Positions 9,901 to 18,666 of a DNA stretch of 41,432 nucleotides are shown here, one piece after another (the first letter of the stretch is position 1; each line of letters opens with the position of its first letter). The position numbers and the translations under genes were made by a program. Below the pieces are notes generated by a model. That model saw only the letters and a program-made list of their open reading frames with translations. It did no database searches and was not told the origin of the DNA. Origin of the DNA: Bacteroidota bacterium (GTDB lineage: Bacteria > Bacteroidota > Ignavibacteria > UBA10030); NCBI GenBank assembly GCA_050008835.1, contig JBEKLV010000003.1, positions 1-41,432 of the forward strand, written 5' to 3'.

Positions 9901-12306
9901 TCAATGAGGGACAGTTGCAATAGTCATTTCTTTATCGTATTCCGTCTGACTCCGTGTTGGATTTTGAGCACCGTGCGTCTTGCGTTTAACCTGTTCTTCT
10001 ACGTACCGCATTAATTCATTGATTGTCACAGTATAGTCATTATCGTAATCCGCCTTGCCTTCTAAACCTTCTAGCATATAATAGGTGAATACGCCATGAC
10101 CCATGTCCGGGAATTCCTGCGACACTTCACCTGCAGCACTCGCAGTAAATACTACAATACCTTCTTTTGTTTTCGACAAGTCTGCGAGGTATTGATTTAC
10201 TAAATTGGGTTCTGAGCTTCCCAAGCCGCGTGTGGCAAAGTTGACACTGATGCCGCCACTGTGGCAAGCATCGGTAAACACAATAACACGCTTGGCGCTG
10301 ATGTACCGCGCTAACACCGTTTGAATATCCCACATAGGAAATGCTGAAGTTCCCAATGATGTTGGATCGCTGTCATATGTTAACAAGTACATATTCTGAG
10401 GACGTGCCGGCTCTGGTGCACCATGACCTGCGAAGTATATAATAACAAGATCCATATCAATTGCTTGGTTGAGAAAATTGATCAAATTAGCTCTTACATT
10501 TGCAAGCGTAGCATCTTTGTTTAACAATAAATGCAAGTGGTCAGAATCGTAACCGCCACCTTCTGGCCGGCGCAGAAAATTTGCGAAGGCTTCAGCATCT
10601 TTATCAGCAAATTTTAAGCTGGGAATGCCTGGATTTTGATATTCTGAAACACCGACTATTACTGCCCATGCTTGCGGACCAGAACCCTGAATACGCTCTT
10701 TCTTTGCACCGCTTGAAATGAGAGGGGCATTTCCAAGAATCGATGCTTTTCTATTAATGCCGATCGTTTTGGAAAATTTTTCTCCGCTTTTACTAGTGAT
10801 AGAAAGTTGAATCTGATTATATCCAGCAACCAGCGGCACTTCATCTGTAATTACATCGCCTGCTACTTTGAATTCTGGTACTTGACTATTCACAATATCA
10901 ACCATGTTCACGGAAATCGAATATGAGGCGACATCAAACCATGTCCGGAATTTTACGGGAGCAGACATCAATTCTGTTTCTGAATTAACGAGCGGATATT
11001 CTACTTCTACTGCCTGATCATTTGAAAGGCGCTGAACAAACCCCCTTTGGCTGACAGAATGTTTCGCATTGTCTGCAACCTTGATTTCAAATGGAATCAG
11101 ACCAACCGAATCCAATTTCAATACTGTGCTAAAACGCTTGATGGCTTTCATTCCCGCCGGAACTTTGACAGTATCTTTTGCGGTAAACGCTGACAGCATA
11201 AGCGGCTTTCCGTTGAATGTCGCTTCTTTCAATCCTGAATCGTCAAATACTACGCCGTGGATTTCATACTCTCCACCAAATACCTTGGCTATAGTCGTAC
11301 TATCAGCGGTATTCTCTAAAACAATTCCAGGATTTGTCGTATCAGGCGGGGCTAGGGCGATTTTCCAACTTTTCAGTTTACCCCCGCTTGTGCTTGTAAG
11401 AAGTGTTTCATCATTCAAGAAAGCCGCATAAGTGGTACGGCCATCGCGCTCAATCATTGTCTTGACGGTAGATAGCGTTATTAAATCATAGAACTTAAGC
11501 GAACTGTCAGCAGCAGCGGAAACAAGCCAGCGCGATTTCGGATCAAATGACACAGAGGCAATCATACCTCTCTGACTGTACTTTAATTTTAAGGCGCCTG
11601 TTTGAGTATCCCATAGATATACACTTCCATCAACAGCGCCGGCGGCAAGAAATTTTCCATCAGCACTATAAGTAATTGTTGAAATTTTATCTTTGCTATC
11701 GATGAAAGTCTTTTGAAGTTCTAATTTTGTAATAGCATAAACTTGAATCTTGCCTGTAGATAATCCAACTGCAAAATACTTAGCGTTTGGATGAACGGCC
11801 ATCGCTGTTGCCTCTTCCTGAAAATCTGGTAACGATCCTATCTCATCACCATTACTAGTTTCTGTAATGATTACCCTTTTATCAAAACCGGCAGAAAACA
11901 CCCAATTTTCTCCCTGAAATGCTATCGATGTGATTCCAAGTGAGTGAGGGGATAGTTTTTTAAGATCGTTTGGAGCATTTATGTTGAACAAGTATGCATT
12001 TCCATCTGCGGCTCCGAGTGCCAGTGTTTGTCCTGATGCGGAAAAAGATAACGTATTCACGTGTGTCGGTACGGAGACAAGTATCGATTTCTCTTTGAGT
12101 GCTGGAATATCATAAAGTTTGACTTTACCTTCCGAAGTGAGAATTCCGAGCAAGTTAGCTTTCAATGAAACTGCACAGAAATCAATAGAATTTTTAACGG
12201 CATCTATAGATTGAAGCTGCTCTATATACAATTCCTGCTGCGAGTAGGAAACTGATGTGGCTATAATTAATACTAGCCACACGCAGAGAACAATTCTTCG
12301 TTCCAT
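9901..12306 (-). CDS. Secreted WD40-repeat, Ig-like, caspase-family (peptidase C14) protein
   Basis: AAGGAG RBS before ATG 12306 and a signal peptide. WD40 repeats (e.g. YSADGKFLAAGAVDGSVYLWD). C14 domain with WAVIVGVSEY, YFAGHG, FTDACHSG, HGVFTYYMLEGL and QNP. Confidence 0.9.
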   Translation of the reverse strand: MERRIVLCVWLVLIIATSVSYSQQELYIEQLQSIDAVKNSIDFCAVSLKANLLGILTSEGKVKLYDIPALKEKSILVSVPTHVNTLSFSASGQTLALGAADGNAYLFNINAPNDLKKLSPHSLGITSIAFQGENWVFSAGFDKRVIITETSNGDEIGSLPDFQEEATAMAVHPNAKYFAVGLSTGKIQVYAITKLELQKTFIDSKDKISTITYSADGKFLAAGAVDGSVYLWDTQTGALKLKYSQRGMIASVSFDPKSRWLVSAAADSSLKFYDLITLSTVKTMIERDGRTTYAAFLNDETLLTSTSGGKLKSWKIALAPPDTTNPGIVLENTADSTTIAKVFGGEYEIHGVVFDDSGLKEATFNGKPLMLSAFTAKDTVKVPAGMKAIKRFSTVLKLDSVGLIPFEIKVADNAKHSVSQRGFVQRLSNDQAVEVEYPLVNSETELMSAPVKFRTWFDVASYSISVNMVDIVNSQVPEFKVAGDVITDEVPLVAGYNQIQLSITSKSGEKFSKTIGINRKASILGNAPLISSGAKKERIQGSGPQAWAVIVGVSEYQNPGIPSLKFADKDAEAFANFLRRPEGGGYDSDHLHLLLNKDATLANVRANLINFLNQAIDMDLVIIYFAGHGAPEPARPQNMYLLTYDSDPTSLGTSAFPMWDIQTVLARYISAKRVIVFTDACHSGGISVNFATRGLGSSEPNLVNQYLADLSKTKEGIVVFTASAAGEVSQEFPDMGHGVFTYYMLEGLEGKADYDNDYTVTINELMRYVEEQVKRKTHGAQNPTRSQTEYDKEMTIATVPH

Positions 12307-12348
12307 GATAAACTCCTTATTCATTTATGACACGCTATAATAACGATT

Positions 12349-12378
12349 ATCATAGAAACATTCTGTGTTGCGTGTCAA
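12349..12378 (-). promoter_or_regulatory. Putative sigma70-type promoter of the caspase operon
   Basis: Minus strand TTGACA-N18-TATGAT, about 43 nt upstream of ATG 12306. Confidence 0.45.
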
Positions 12379-12590
12379 GAGCCAAGATTACCACCCCTCA
12401 TAAACCGATCAGATGACCAATATGCAATTTCAACAAACGAATTCTTGCATGCAATGGAAATATTATAGGATTTTTCTGATAGGTTGCACTATTTTTCTAA
12501 ACGAATGTTCGATATTTTTCGGATGAATGTCAAGCAACCTTCGGTTCCCAATGAACCTCGTCTTTTTAAAAATTTTTGTAATTATTGTGA

Positions 12591-12854
12591 TTATAACTTC
12601 ATAAAAAGATTGAGCAAACGTGCGCGAATGCTTTTATCATGAAGAGTTACCCCTGGATCGGATTCAAGTCCATAGATGATGTCGTCGATTGAGGAGATTG
12701 GAATTTGTGCTTTTAAACTATGATGAAGAAAATCCCGCAAGCGATTAAGAAATAAAAGCAGTTCATCTGCATGCGCTAGGACTTCAGAATCATCTGCGTT
12801 CGATAATATTGTTCTAAATTTTGAAGCCTGACGAATAAGTTCGCTTGCCGGCAT
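12591..12854 (-). CDS. Small hypothetical protein
   Basis: 87 aa, helical-looking, starts 4 nt after the rarA stop on the same strand. Confidence 0.55.
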   Translation of the reverse strand: MPASELIRQASKFRTILSNADDSEVLAHADELLLFLNRLRDFLHHSLKAQIPISSIDDIIYGLESDPGVTLHDKSIRARLLNLFMKL

Positions 12855-12858
12855 TTCT

Positions 12859-14184
12859 CTATCTCTGTTTTTTCTTCCACCATCTATTCAAACGTTCGCG
12901 AATATCTTTCTCTCTGCCTATATCGGTAGGTTTGTAATAGAGTTTGTCTTTCAAATTGTCCGGAAGAAATTGCTGCTCAACGAAGTGACCCGGAAAATCA
13001 TGACTGTACTTATATTCTTTTCCATAACCGAGTTCATCCATTAATTTCGTTGGTGCGTTACGGATAGGAAGAGGCACGGGAAGATTGGGAAGATTCCGCA
13101 CATCAGCTAAAGCTTGGTCAATAGCAAGATATGATGCATTGCTCTTTGGCGCCGAAGCAAGGTATGCCGCCGTTTGTGCCAGAACAATCCGCGCTTCCGG
13201 CATGCCAATATAGTCGATGGCTGTAAAACAGGATGTTGCCAACGTGATGGCGTACGAATCAGCATTGCCAATATCTTCCGAGGCCAGCACAATCATTCGG
13301 CGAGCAATGAATTTTGGATCCTCGCCTCCATCGAGCATTCGAGCCATCCAGTATATTGCGGCATCTGGATCGCTGCCGCGCACACTTTTAATAAATGCCG
13401 AGATAATATCATAGTGCTGTTCGCCTTCCTTATCGTAGAGCATAAATTTTCGCTGGAACGCCTCTTCAATTTTTGTTTTTGTGATGGTAACAGAACCGTC
13501 AGAGTTTGGTTTTGTTAAACGAATAGAGTTTTCCAATCCGTTTAATAATTTACGCGCATCGCCCCCGGAAAGAAGCATGAAAAATTCACGATCAACAATT
13601 TCAATTTTTCGCCTTGATAAAACCAAATCATTTGTTAATGCATGATCGAGAATTTTATTCAGAGCATCTCTGCCGAGCGATTCCAGCACATACACTTGAC
13701 AACGGGAAAGCAATGGAGATATCACTTCAAACGATGGATTCTCAGTCGTCGCGCCAATGAGTGTGATGGTTCCATCTTCTACGGAATGCAGTAGTGCATC
13801 CTGTTGAGCTTTATTGAATCGGTGAATTTCATCGATAAAAAGAATAGTACGTTTATCGAATCGGCTTAAATTTTTCTCAGCACGAGATATAATTTCACGG
13901 ACATCTTTAACGCCGGCGGCGACAGCATTGAGTTGATGAAACTCAGCTTCTACATGATTGGCAATAAGCCGCGCAAGCGTCGTCTTACCAACTCCCGGCG
14001 GTCCCCACAAAATCATTGAATTAACTTCGCCGTGCTCTAACATTAACCGAAGCGGTTTGCCTGATTGAGTTAAGTGATCCTGCCCGACATATTCTTCCAG
14101 CGTCTTTGGACGAATACGTTCTGCTAAAGGCGCCGCTGGCGAACGCACATTACGAGATTCTTCTTTGGAGAATAAATCAGACAT
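12859..14184 (-). CDS. rarA: Replication-associated recombination protein A (MgsA/RarA AAA+ ATPase)
   Basis: PLAERIRP, GPPGVGKTT, FIDEIHRFNKAQQD, ATTENPSF, SAFIKSVRGSDPDAA. Confidence 0.95.
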   Translation of the reverse strand: MSDLFSKEESRNVRSPAAPLAERIRPKTLEEYVGQDHLTQSGKPLRLMLEHGEVNSMILWGPPGVGKTTLARLIANHVEAEFHQLNAVAAGVKDVREIISRAEKNLSRFDKRTILFIDEIHRFNKAQQDALLHSVEDGTITLIGATTENPSFEVISPLLSRCQVYVLESLGRDALNKILDHALTNDLVLSRRKIEIVDREFFMLLSGGDARKLLNGLENSIRLTKPNSDGSVTITKTKIEEAFQRKFMLYDKEGEQHYDIISAFIKSVRGSDPDAAIYWMARMLDGGEDPKFIARRMIVLASEDIGNADSYAITLATSCFTAIDYIGMPEARIVLAQTAAYLASAPKSNASYLAIDQALADVRNLPNLPVPLPIRNAPTKLMDELGYGKEYKYSHDFPGHFVEQQFLPDNLKDKLYYKPTDIGREKDIRERLNRWWKKKQR

Positions 14185-14284
14185 GGGAATATCTTAGAAT
14201 ACGAATTGTGAAAAGTGGATTACCATTAAATCGAAAGAATTTCATCATTTAATATTTGAATTATGTATTAATGGCCGCCAATAT

Positions 14285-14629
14285 TCATTTTTCTTTCTTC
14301 ACTTGATATACGGTTTCACCTTCGCGTGCCATGCCATACTTTTCGCGGGCGGTTTTTTCTATTGTCTTCTTATCATCCTCTAACGCCTTGATCTGTTCCT
14401 GCAATCGCGCGGTTTCTATGCTGTCAGCCTTCACTTTCTCAATCCATTCGCGATGCTGCGATTCGAGACGGATTCGAGTAACAATGCCTTTATTGTTAAA
14501 GAGAAGATAGAGAAAGAACAGGAATACAATGACGAGGAAAATCGTACGTTTCTTGTTCTTTGCAGCACTCTTGGCAATTTTTTTTAGGAATCGTTCAGGC
14601 TGGAGATTTCTATAAAATTGATTTTCCAT
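14285..14629 (-). CDS. ftsB: Septum formation initiator (FtsB/DivIC family)
   Basis: TM, coiled coil and IEKTAREKYGMAREGE. Start at ATG 14629. Confidence 0.8.
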   Translation of the reverse strand: MENQFYRNLQPERFLKKIAKSAAKNKKRTIFLVIVFLFFLYLLFNNKGIVTRIRLESQHREWIEKVKADSIETARLQEQIKALEDDKKTIEKTAREKYGMAREGETVYQVKKEK

Positions 14630-14640
14630 CAAATCAATGC

Positions 14641-15804
14641 TTATTTGTACCACTCATTTTTGGGTTGGTATGTCGTCTTGAGTTTTACCTTTGCGTTGTG
14701 ACGTTCAATTGCAAGTTGAATTAATTTATCCAATAACGCAGCATACGATAATCCTGATGCCTGCCAGAGTTTTGGGTACATACTAATGGAAGTAAAGCCG
14801 GGGATGGTGTTGATCTCATTCAAAAAAATCCTATTTGTTTTTTTTGTGAATAGAAAATCAACGCGTGCCATACCTGCACAATCCAAAGCACGAAATGCTG
14901 TGAGCGCATAATGTTTAATCTTTTTCACAACGGCACTTGGCAATTTTGCAGGAATGATAGAATTCGATTTTTCATCCACATACTTGGCATCATAATCATA
15001 GAATTCATTTGAAGGAACAATTTCGCCCGGCACAGAAGCGACAGGTTGGTCGTTGCCGAGAATACCGCATTCAATCTCGCGTGCATTTTTAATTCCCTGT
15101 TCCACTAAAATCTTTCTATCAAATTGCGCGGCGGTATCAATAAATACAAGTAGTTCTTTGCGATTATGCGCTTTGTTAATACCGATGCTTGAACCTGAGT
15201 TCGATGGTTTAACAAAAAGCGGATACCTCAACTTTCGTTCAATTTCCGCAACTATTTTTTTATGTTGCAATTCATACTCTTCAACAGTAAACCAAATACT
15301 TGGCGCAGTTGGAATCTTTGCCTGAACTAGTAATTCTTTTTGAATCACTTTATCCATTCCAACGGCAGAGCCCAGCACTCCGGGACCAACATACGGAAGA
15401 TCTGTAAGTTCTAACAATCCCTGCAGTGTTCCATCTTCGCCGTATCTGCCGTGAACAACTGGAAAGATGACATCTATTACTTTTCCAATATCGCCGCCAT
15501 CATTGATGGCAACCAAAGATTGCTTGCGAGGATCTGGAACGAGTAATTGTTCATGTTCAAATTCAATCGATTGTTTTTCTTTTAGCAAGCGTAGTGTTTC
15601 GTTGGAGCTGAGCCATTGCCCTGTTGATGCAATACCGATGGGAACGACATCATACTTTTCTTTATCAAGAGCATTGATTATTGAAGCGGCAGAGACGAGC
15701 GAAACCTCATGCTCTACTGATCGCCCACCGAAAATTACACCGACACGAATTCGTTTAGGAATTAGTGATTGGTGATTAGTGTTTGGTAATTTGTGATCAG
15801 TCAT
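14641..15804 (-). CDS. ddl: D-alanine--D-alanine ligase
   Basis: FGGRSVEHEVS, HGRYGEDG, GSSIG, FYDYDAKY, NEINTIPGFT. Start probably ATG 15804. Confidence 0.95.
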   Translation of the reverse strand: MTDHKLPNTNHQSLIPKRIRVGVIFGGRSVEHEVSLVSAASIINALDKEKYDVVPIGIASTGQWLSSNETLRLLKEKQSIEFEHEQLLVPDPRKQSLVAINDGGDIGKVIDVIFPVVHGRYGEDGTLQGLLELTDLPYVGPGVLGSAVGMDKVIQKELLVQAKIPTAPSIWFTVEEYELQHKKIVAEIERKLRYPLFVKPSNSGSSIGINKAHNRKELLVFIDTAAQFDRKILVEQGIKNAREIECGILGNDQPVASVPGEIVPSNEFYDYDAKYVDEKSNSIIPAKLPSAVVKKIKHYALTAFRALDCAGMARVDFLFTKKTNRIFLNEINTIPGFTSISMYPKLWQASGLSYAALLDKLIQLAIERHNAKVKLKTTYQPKNEWYK

Positions 15805-15817
15805 TAGTATTTTGTTA
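15755..15817. repeat. Nine degenerate tandem heptamers overlapping the ddl start
   Basis: + strand ttaggaa ttagtga ttggtga ttagtgt ttggtaa tttgtga tcagtca ttagtat tttgtta (consensus TTNGTGA). Confidence 0.7.
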
Positions 15818-16043
15818 CTCGCAATTCGGAATGGATTATGTTCATGTTCTTCATGGAATATGATATGGAAAAGAGTGGAGAGGTGCAACGAACCAGATAA
15901 CTATCCTCGTGTGGCTTTTATATTGCGTTTCGATGGAAAAGTGAGTAGGTTTTCTGCAATTATATTGTCACTCATAAGTCAATAATAAAAGTATAATCAA
16001 GCTGTTGAATCAATAACATTCCCTGCTATCGGAGAACAATTTC

Positions 16044-17564
16044 ATGGGCAATCCATTCTTTGCCAAAAAACCATTGTCACTCCTCCTCGAAGAAATGAAA
16101 GGAGAAAATCGCCTACGCCGCGTGCTTGGTCCGGTAACACTGACAAGTCTAGGTGTTGGAGCTATTATCGGCACGGGCATTTTCGTTCTGACCGGTGTTG
16201 GCGCTCATGATAAAGCCGGGCCTGCACTGATTCTTTCATTTGCAGCATCCGGCGTGGCATGTGTCTTTGCAGCGCTTTGTTATGCGGAATTTGCTTCGAT
16301 GGCTCCCGTTGCCGGTTCGGCATATACATATGCTTATGCGACGCTTGGTGAATTATTTGCATGGATCATCGGTTGGGATCTTGTACTGGAATATGCAGTA
16401 GCTTCGGCTGCCGTCGCTCATGGTTGGTCTGCCCACTTTCAAGATCTTCTTAAAAGTTTCGGCATTTATATCTCGCATTCATTTTCTACTGCACCGATCG
16501 ATTTTGATTTGCATGCTGGACACTTCTTTGCCACTGGATCATTCCTCGATCTTCCTGCTATCATTATTACAGCAATTATCACACTCATTTTAGTGAAAGG
16601 AATCAGAGAAAGTGCTGTGTTTAATACAACAATGGTCGCAGTTAAATTAGTTATTGTGCTATTTGTGATTGTTGTTGGTGTATTCTATATCGATCCAAAT
16701 AATTGGAAGCCGTTTGCTCCATACGGTTACACAGGAATCAGTTTCTTCGGCCACACACTATTCGGACAAACCAGCGCAGATGGCGTTCCACTCGGAATGC
16801 TCGCCGGCGCGGCAATTATATTTTTTGCATACATCGGTTTCGATTCGGTTTCCACGCACGCAGAAGAAGCGCGCAATCCACAGCGCGATGTTCCGATCGG
16901 TATAATTGCCTCGCTCCTTATTTGCACTGTATTGTATATTGCAGTCTCTGCAGTCCTGACTGGAATGGTTCCTTACGACAAGATAGACATAAACGCACCG
17001 GTCTCTAACGCATTTGCACAAAAAGGATTGCCAATGGCACAGCGCCTCATTGATATTGGTGCGATCACAGGTATAACATCTGTCTTGTTAGTGATGATGC
17101 TCAGTCAGCCGAGGGTCCTCTTGGCAATGGCACGTGACGGTATGGTGCCTGAAAGTTTTTTTGGGGCTGTCCATCCGAAGTTTCGGACTCCATGGAAATC
17201 TACAATTCTTACCGGACTCTTTGTCGGTGCAATGGCGACATTACTTCCACTCCGTATACTTGCTGAATTAACTAACATTGGGACGTTGCTTGCATTTGTT
17301 ATAGTCTGTACCGCCGTCCTCATTATGCGAAAAACAAATCCCAATGCAGAACGTCCGTTCCGTGCCCCGTTCGTGCCTTTCACACCGATTGCCGGTATTG
17401 TCTGCTGTTTAATCTTGATGTTTTCTTTGCCGGTAGAAAACTGGTGGCGTTTGTTTATATGGCTGGGGATAGGTTTCATCATTTATTTTAGCTATGGACG
17501 AAGGCATTGCGTTACGGCAAGGATTCGACGCGGTGAAGTTATCGTACCGATATCAGAAAAATAG
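16044..17564 (+). CDS. APC-family amino acid permease (cationic amino acid transporter-like)
   Basis: GAIIGTGIF, GSAYTYAY, FAYIGFD, AEEARNPQRD; many TMs; GGAG RBS. Confidence 0.92.
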   Translation: MGNPFFAKKPLSLLLEEMKGENRLRRVLGPVTLTSLGVGAIIGTGIFVLTGVGAHDKAGPALILSFAASGVACVFAALCYAEFASMAPVAGSAYTYAYATLGELFAWIIGWDLVLEYAVASAAVAHGWSAHFQDLLKSFGIYISHSFSTAPIDFDLHAGHFFATGSFLDLPAIIITAIITLILVKGIRESAVFNTTMVAVKLVIVLFVIVVGVFYIDPNNWKPFAPYGYTGISFFGHTLFGQTSADGVPLGMLAGAAIIFFAYIGFDSVSTHAEEARNPQRDVPIGIIASLLICTVLYIAVSAVLTGMVPYDKIDINAPVSNAFAQKGLPMAQRLIDIGAITGITSVLLVMMLSQPRVLLAMARDGMVPESFFGAVHPKFRTPWKSTILTGLFVGAMATLLPLRILAELTNIGTLLAFVIVCTAVLIMRKTNPNAERPFRAPFVPFTPIAGIVCCLILMFSLPVENWWRLFIWLGIGFIIYFSYGRRHCVTARIRRGEVIVPISEK

Positions 17565-17641
17565 GAAGCAGTTGCATCGAACGCGCTCCAGAAGAAGATG
17601 TTGAAATTTTCTATGGATGAATTGGAATAAGGTTTTTGATT

Positions 17642-18619
17642 ATGAATAGAGCCAGATGGGGTATTATTGGCTGCGGTGATGTCACTGAAGTTAAAAGCGG
17701 TCCCGGATTTCAAAAGGCAAATAACTCTGCACTTGTTGCCGTAATGCGTCGGAATGGGGAGCTCGCCAAAGATTATGCTCGTCGTCATAATGTTCCCAAA
17801 TGGTATGATGACGCCGAAATGCTAATTAATGATCCTGAAGTAGATGCCGTGTACATTGCGACTCCGCCCTTGTTCCATAAGGATTACGCACTTCGTGCTG
17901 TGCATGCCGGTAAACCCGTATACGTAGAAAAACCTATGGCAATGAACTTTGAAGAATGTCAAAAGATGATCGACGTGTGTAAAAGAACCGGTGTTCCGCT
18001 TTTTGTTGCTTATTACCGCAGAGCATTAGAACGATTCCTGAAAATCAAAGAATTAATCGATTCCGGAATAATAGGTGATATCCAATTTGTAAACATCCTG
18101 TTCTTTCAACCAAATCCGATTGATCCAGAAAAAGAACTTCCATGGAGAGTACGCCCGGAAATTGCCGGGGGTGGACTATTCCTTGATCTTGCCTCGCATA
18201 TGTTGGATATTCTTGATTACATTTTAGGCCCGATTACATCTGTTCAAGGGCTTGCATCGAACCGATTAAAACTTTATCCTGCAGAGGATATTGTAAGCGG
18301 AGTGTTTGGATTTCAATCGGGAGTTCAGGGAATCGGGACTTGGTGTTTTTCCAGCTTTCAGAAAAATGATAACACAGAAATCATCGGCAGTAAAGGGAAA
18401 CTCTCCTTCTCGACATTTGATGCCCAACCCATAAAGCTTATAACATTGAATGGAGAAACCGAGTACGCTATCGGCTATCCACAACATATTCAGCAACCTC
18501 TGATACAACATATTGTAAATGATCTCATCGGTATCGGACATTGTCCGAGTACAGGCGAAACGGCTATCCGAACAACTTGGGTCATGGACCAGCTGCTAAA
18601 ACAATATTACAAAAAGTGA
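17642..18619 (+). CDS. Gfo/Idh/MocA-family oxidoreductase
   Basis: WGIIGCG, DAVYIATPP, VYVEKP, GGLFLDLASHMLD. Confidence 0.92.
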   Translation: MNRARWGIIGCGDVTEVKSGPGFQKANNSALVAVMRRNGELAKDYARRHNVPKWYDDAEMLINDPEVDAVYIATPPLFHKDYALRAVHAGKPVYVEKPMAMNFEECQKMIDVCKRTGVPLFVAYYRRALERFLKIKELIDSGIIGDIQFVNILFFQPNPIDPEKELPWRVRPEIAGGGLFLDLASHMLDILDYILGPITSVQGLASNRLKLYPAEDIVSGVFGFQSGVQGIGTWCFSSFQKNDNTEIIGSKGKLSFSTFDAQPIKLITLNGETEYAIGYPQHIQQPLIQHIVNDLIGIGHCPSTGETAIRTTWVMDQLLKQYYKK

Positions 18620-18666
18620 TTCCACTACCGAAAGAATCCACGAAATCTTTTAAATGGAATTTATAA

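Noticed and set aside
9901-12306. Anti-phage caspase/gasdermin or STAND-type defence system
   Set aside because: The protein has a signal peptide, there is no NTPase, gasdermin or TIR neighbour, and its partners are signalling-type.
14641-15804. Vancomycin-resistance D-Ala-D-Lac ligase
   Set aside because: The omega loop FYDYDAKY is D-Ala-D-Ala type, the context is housekeeping, and no van genes are present.
15755-15817. CRISPR array
   Set aside because: 7-nt degenerate units with no spacers and no cas genes.
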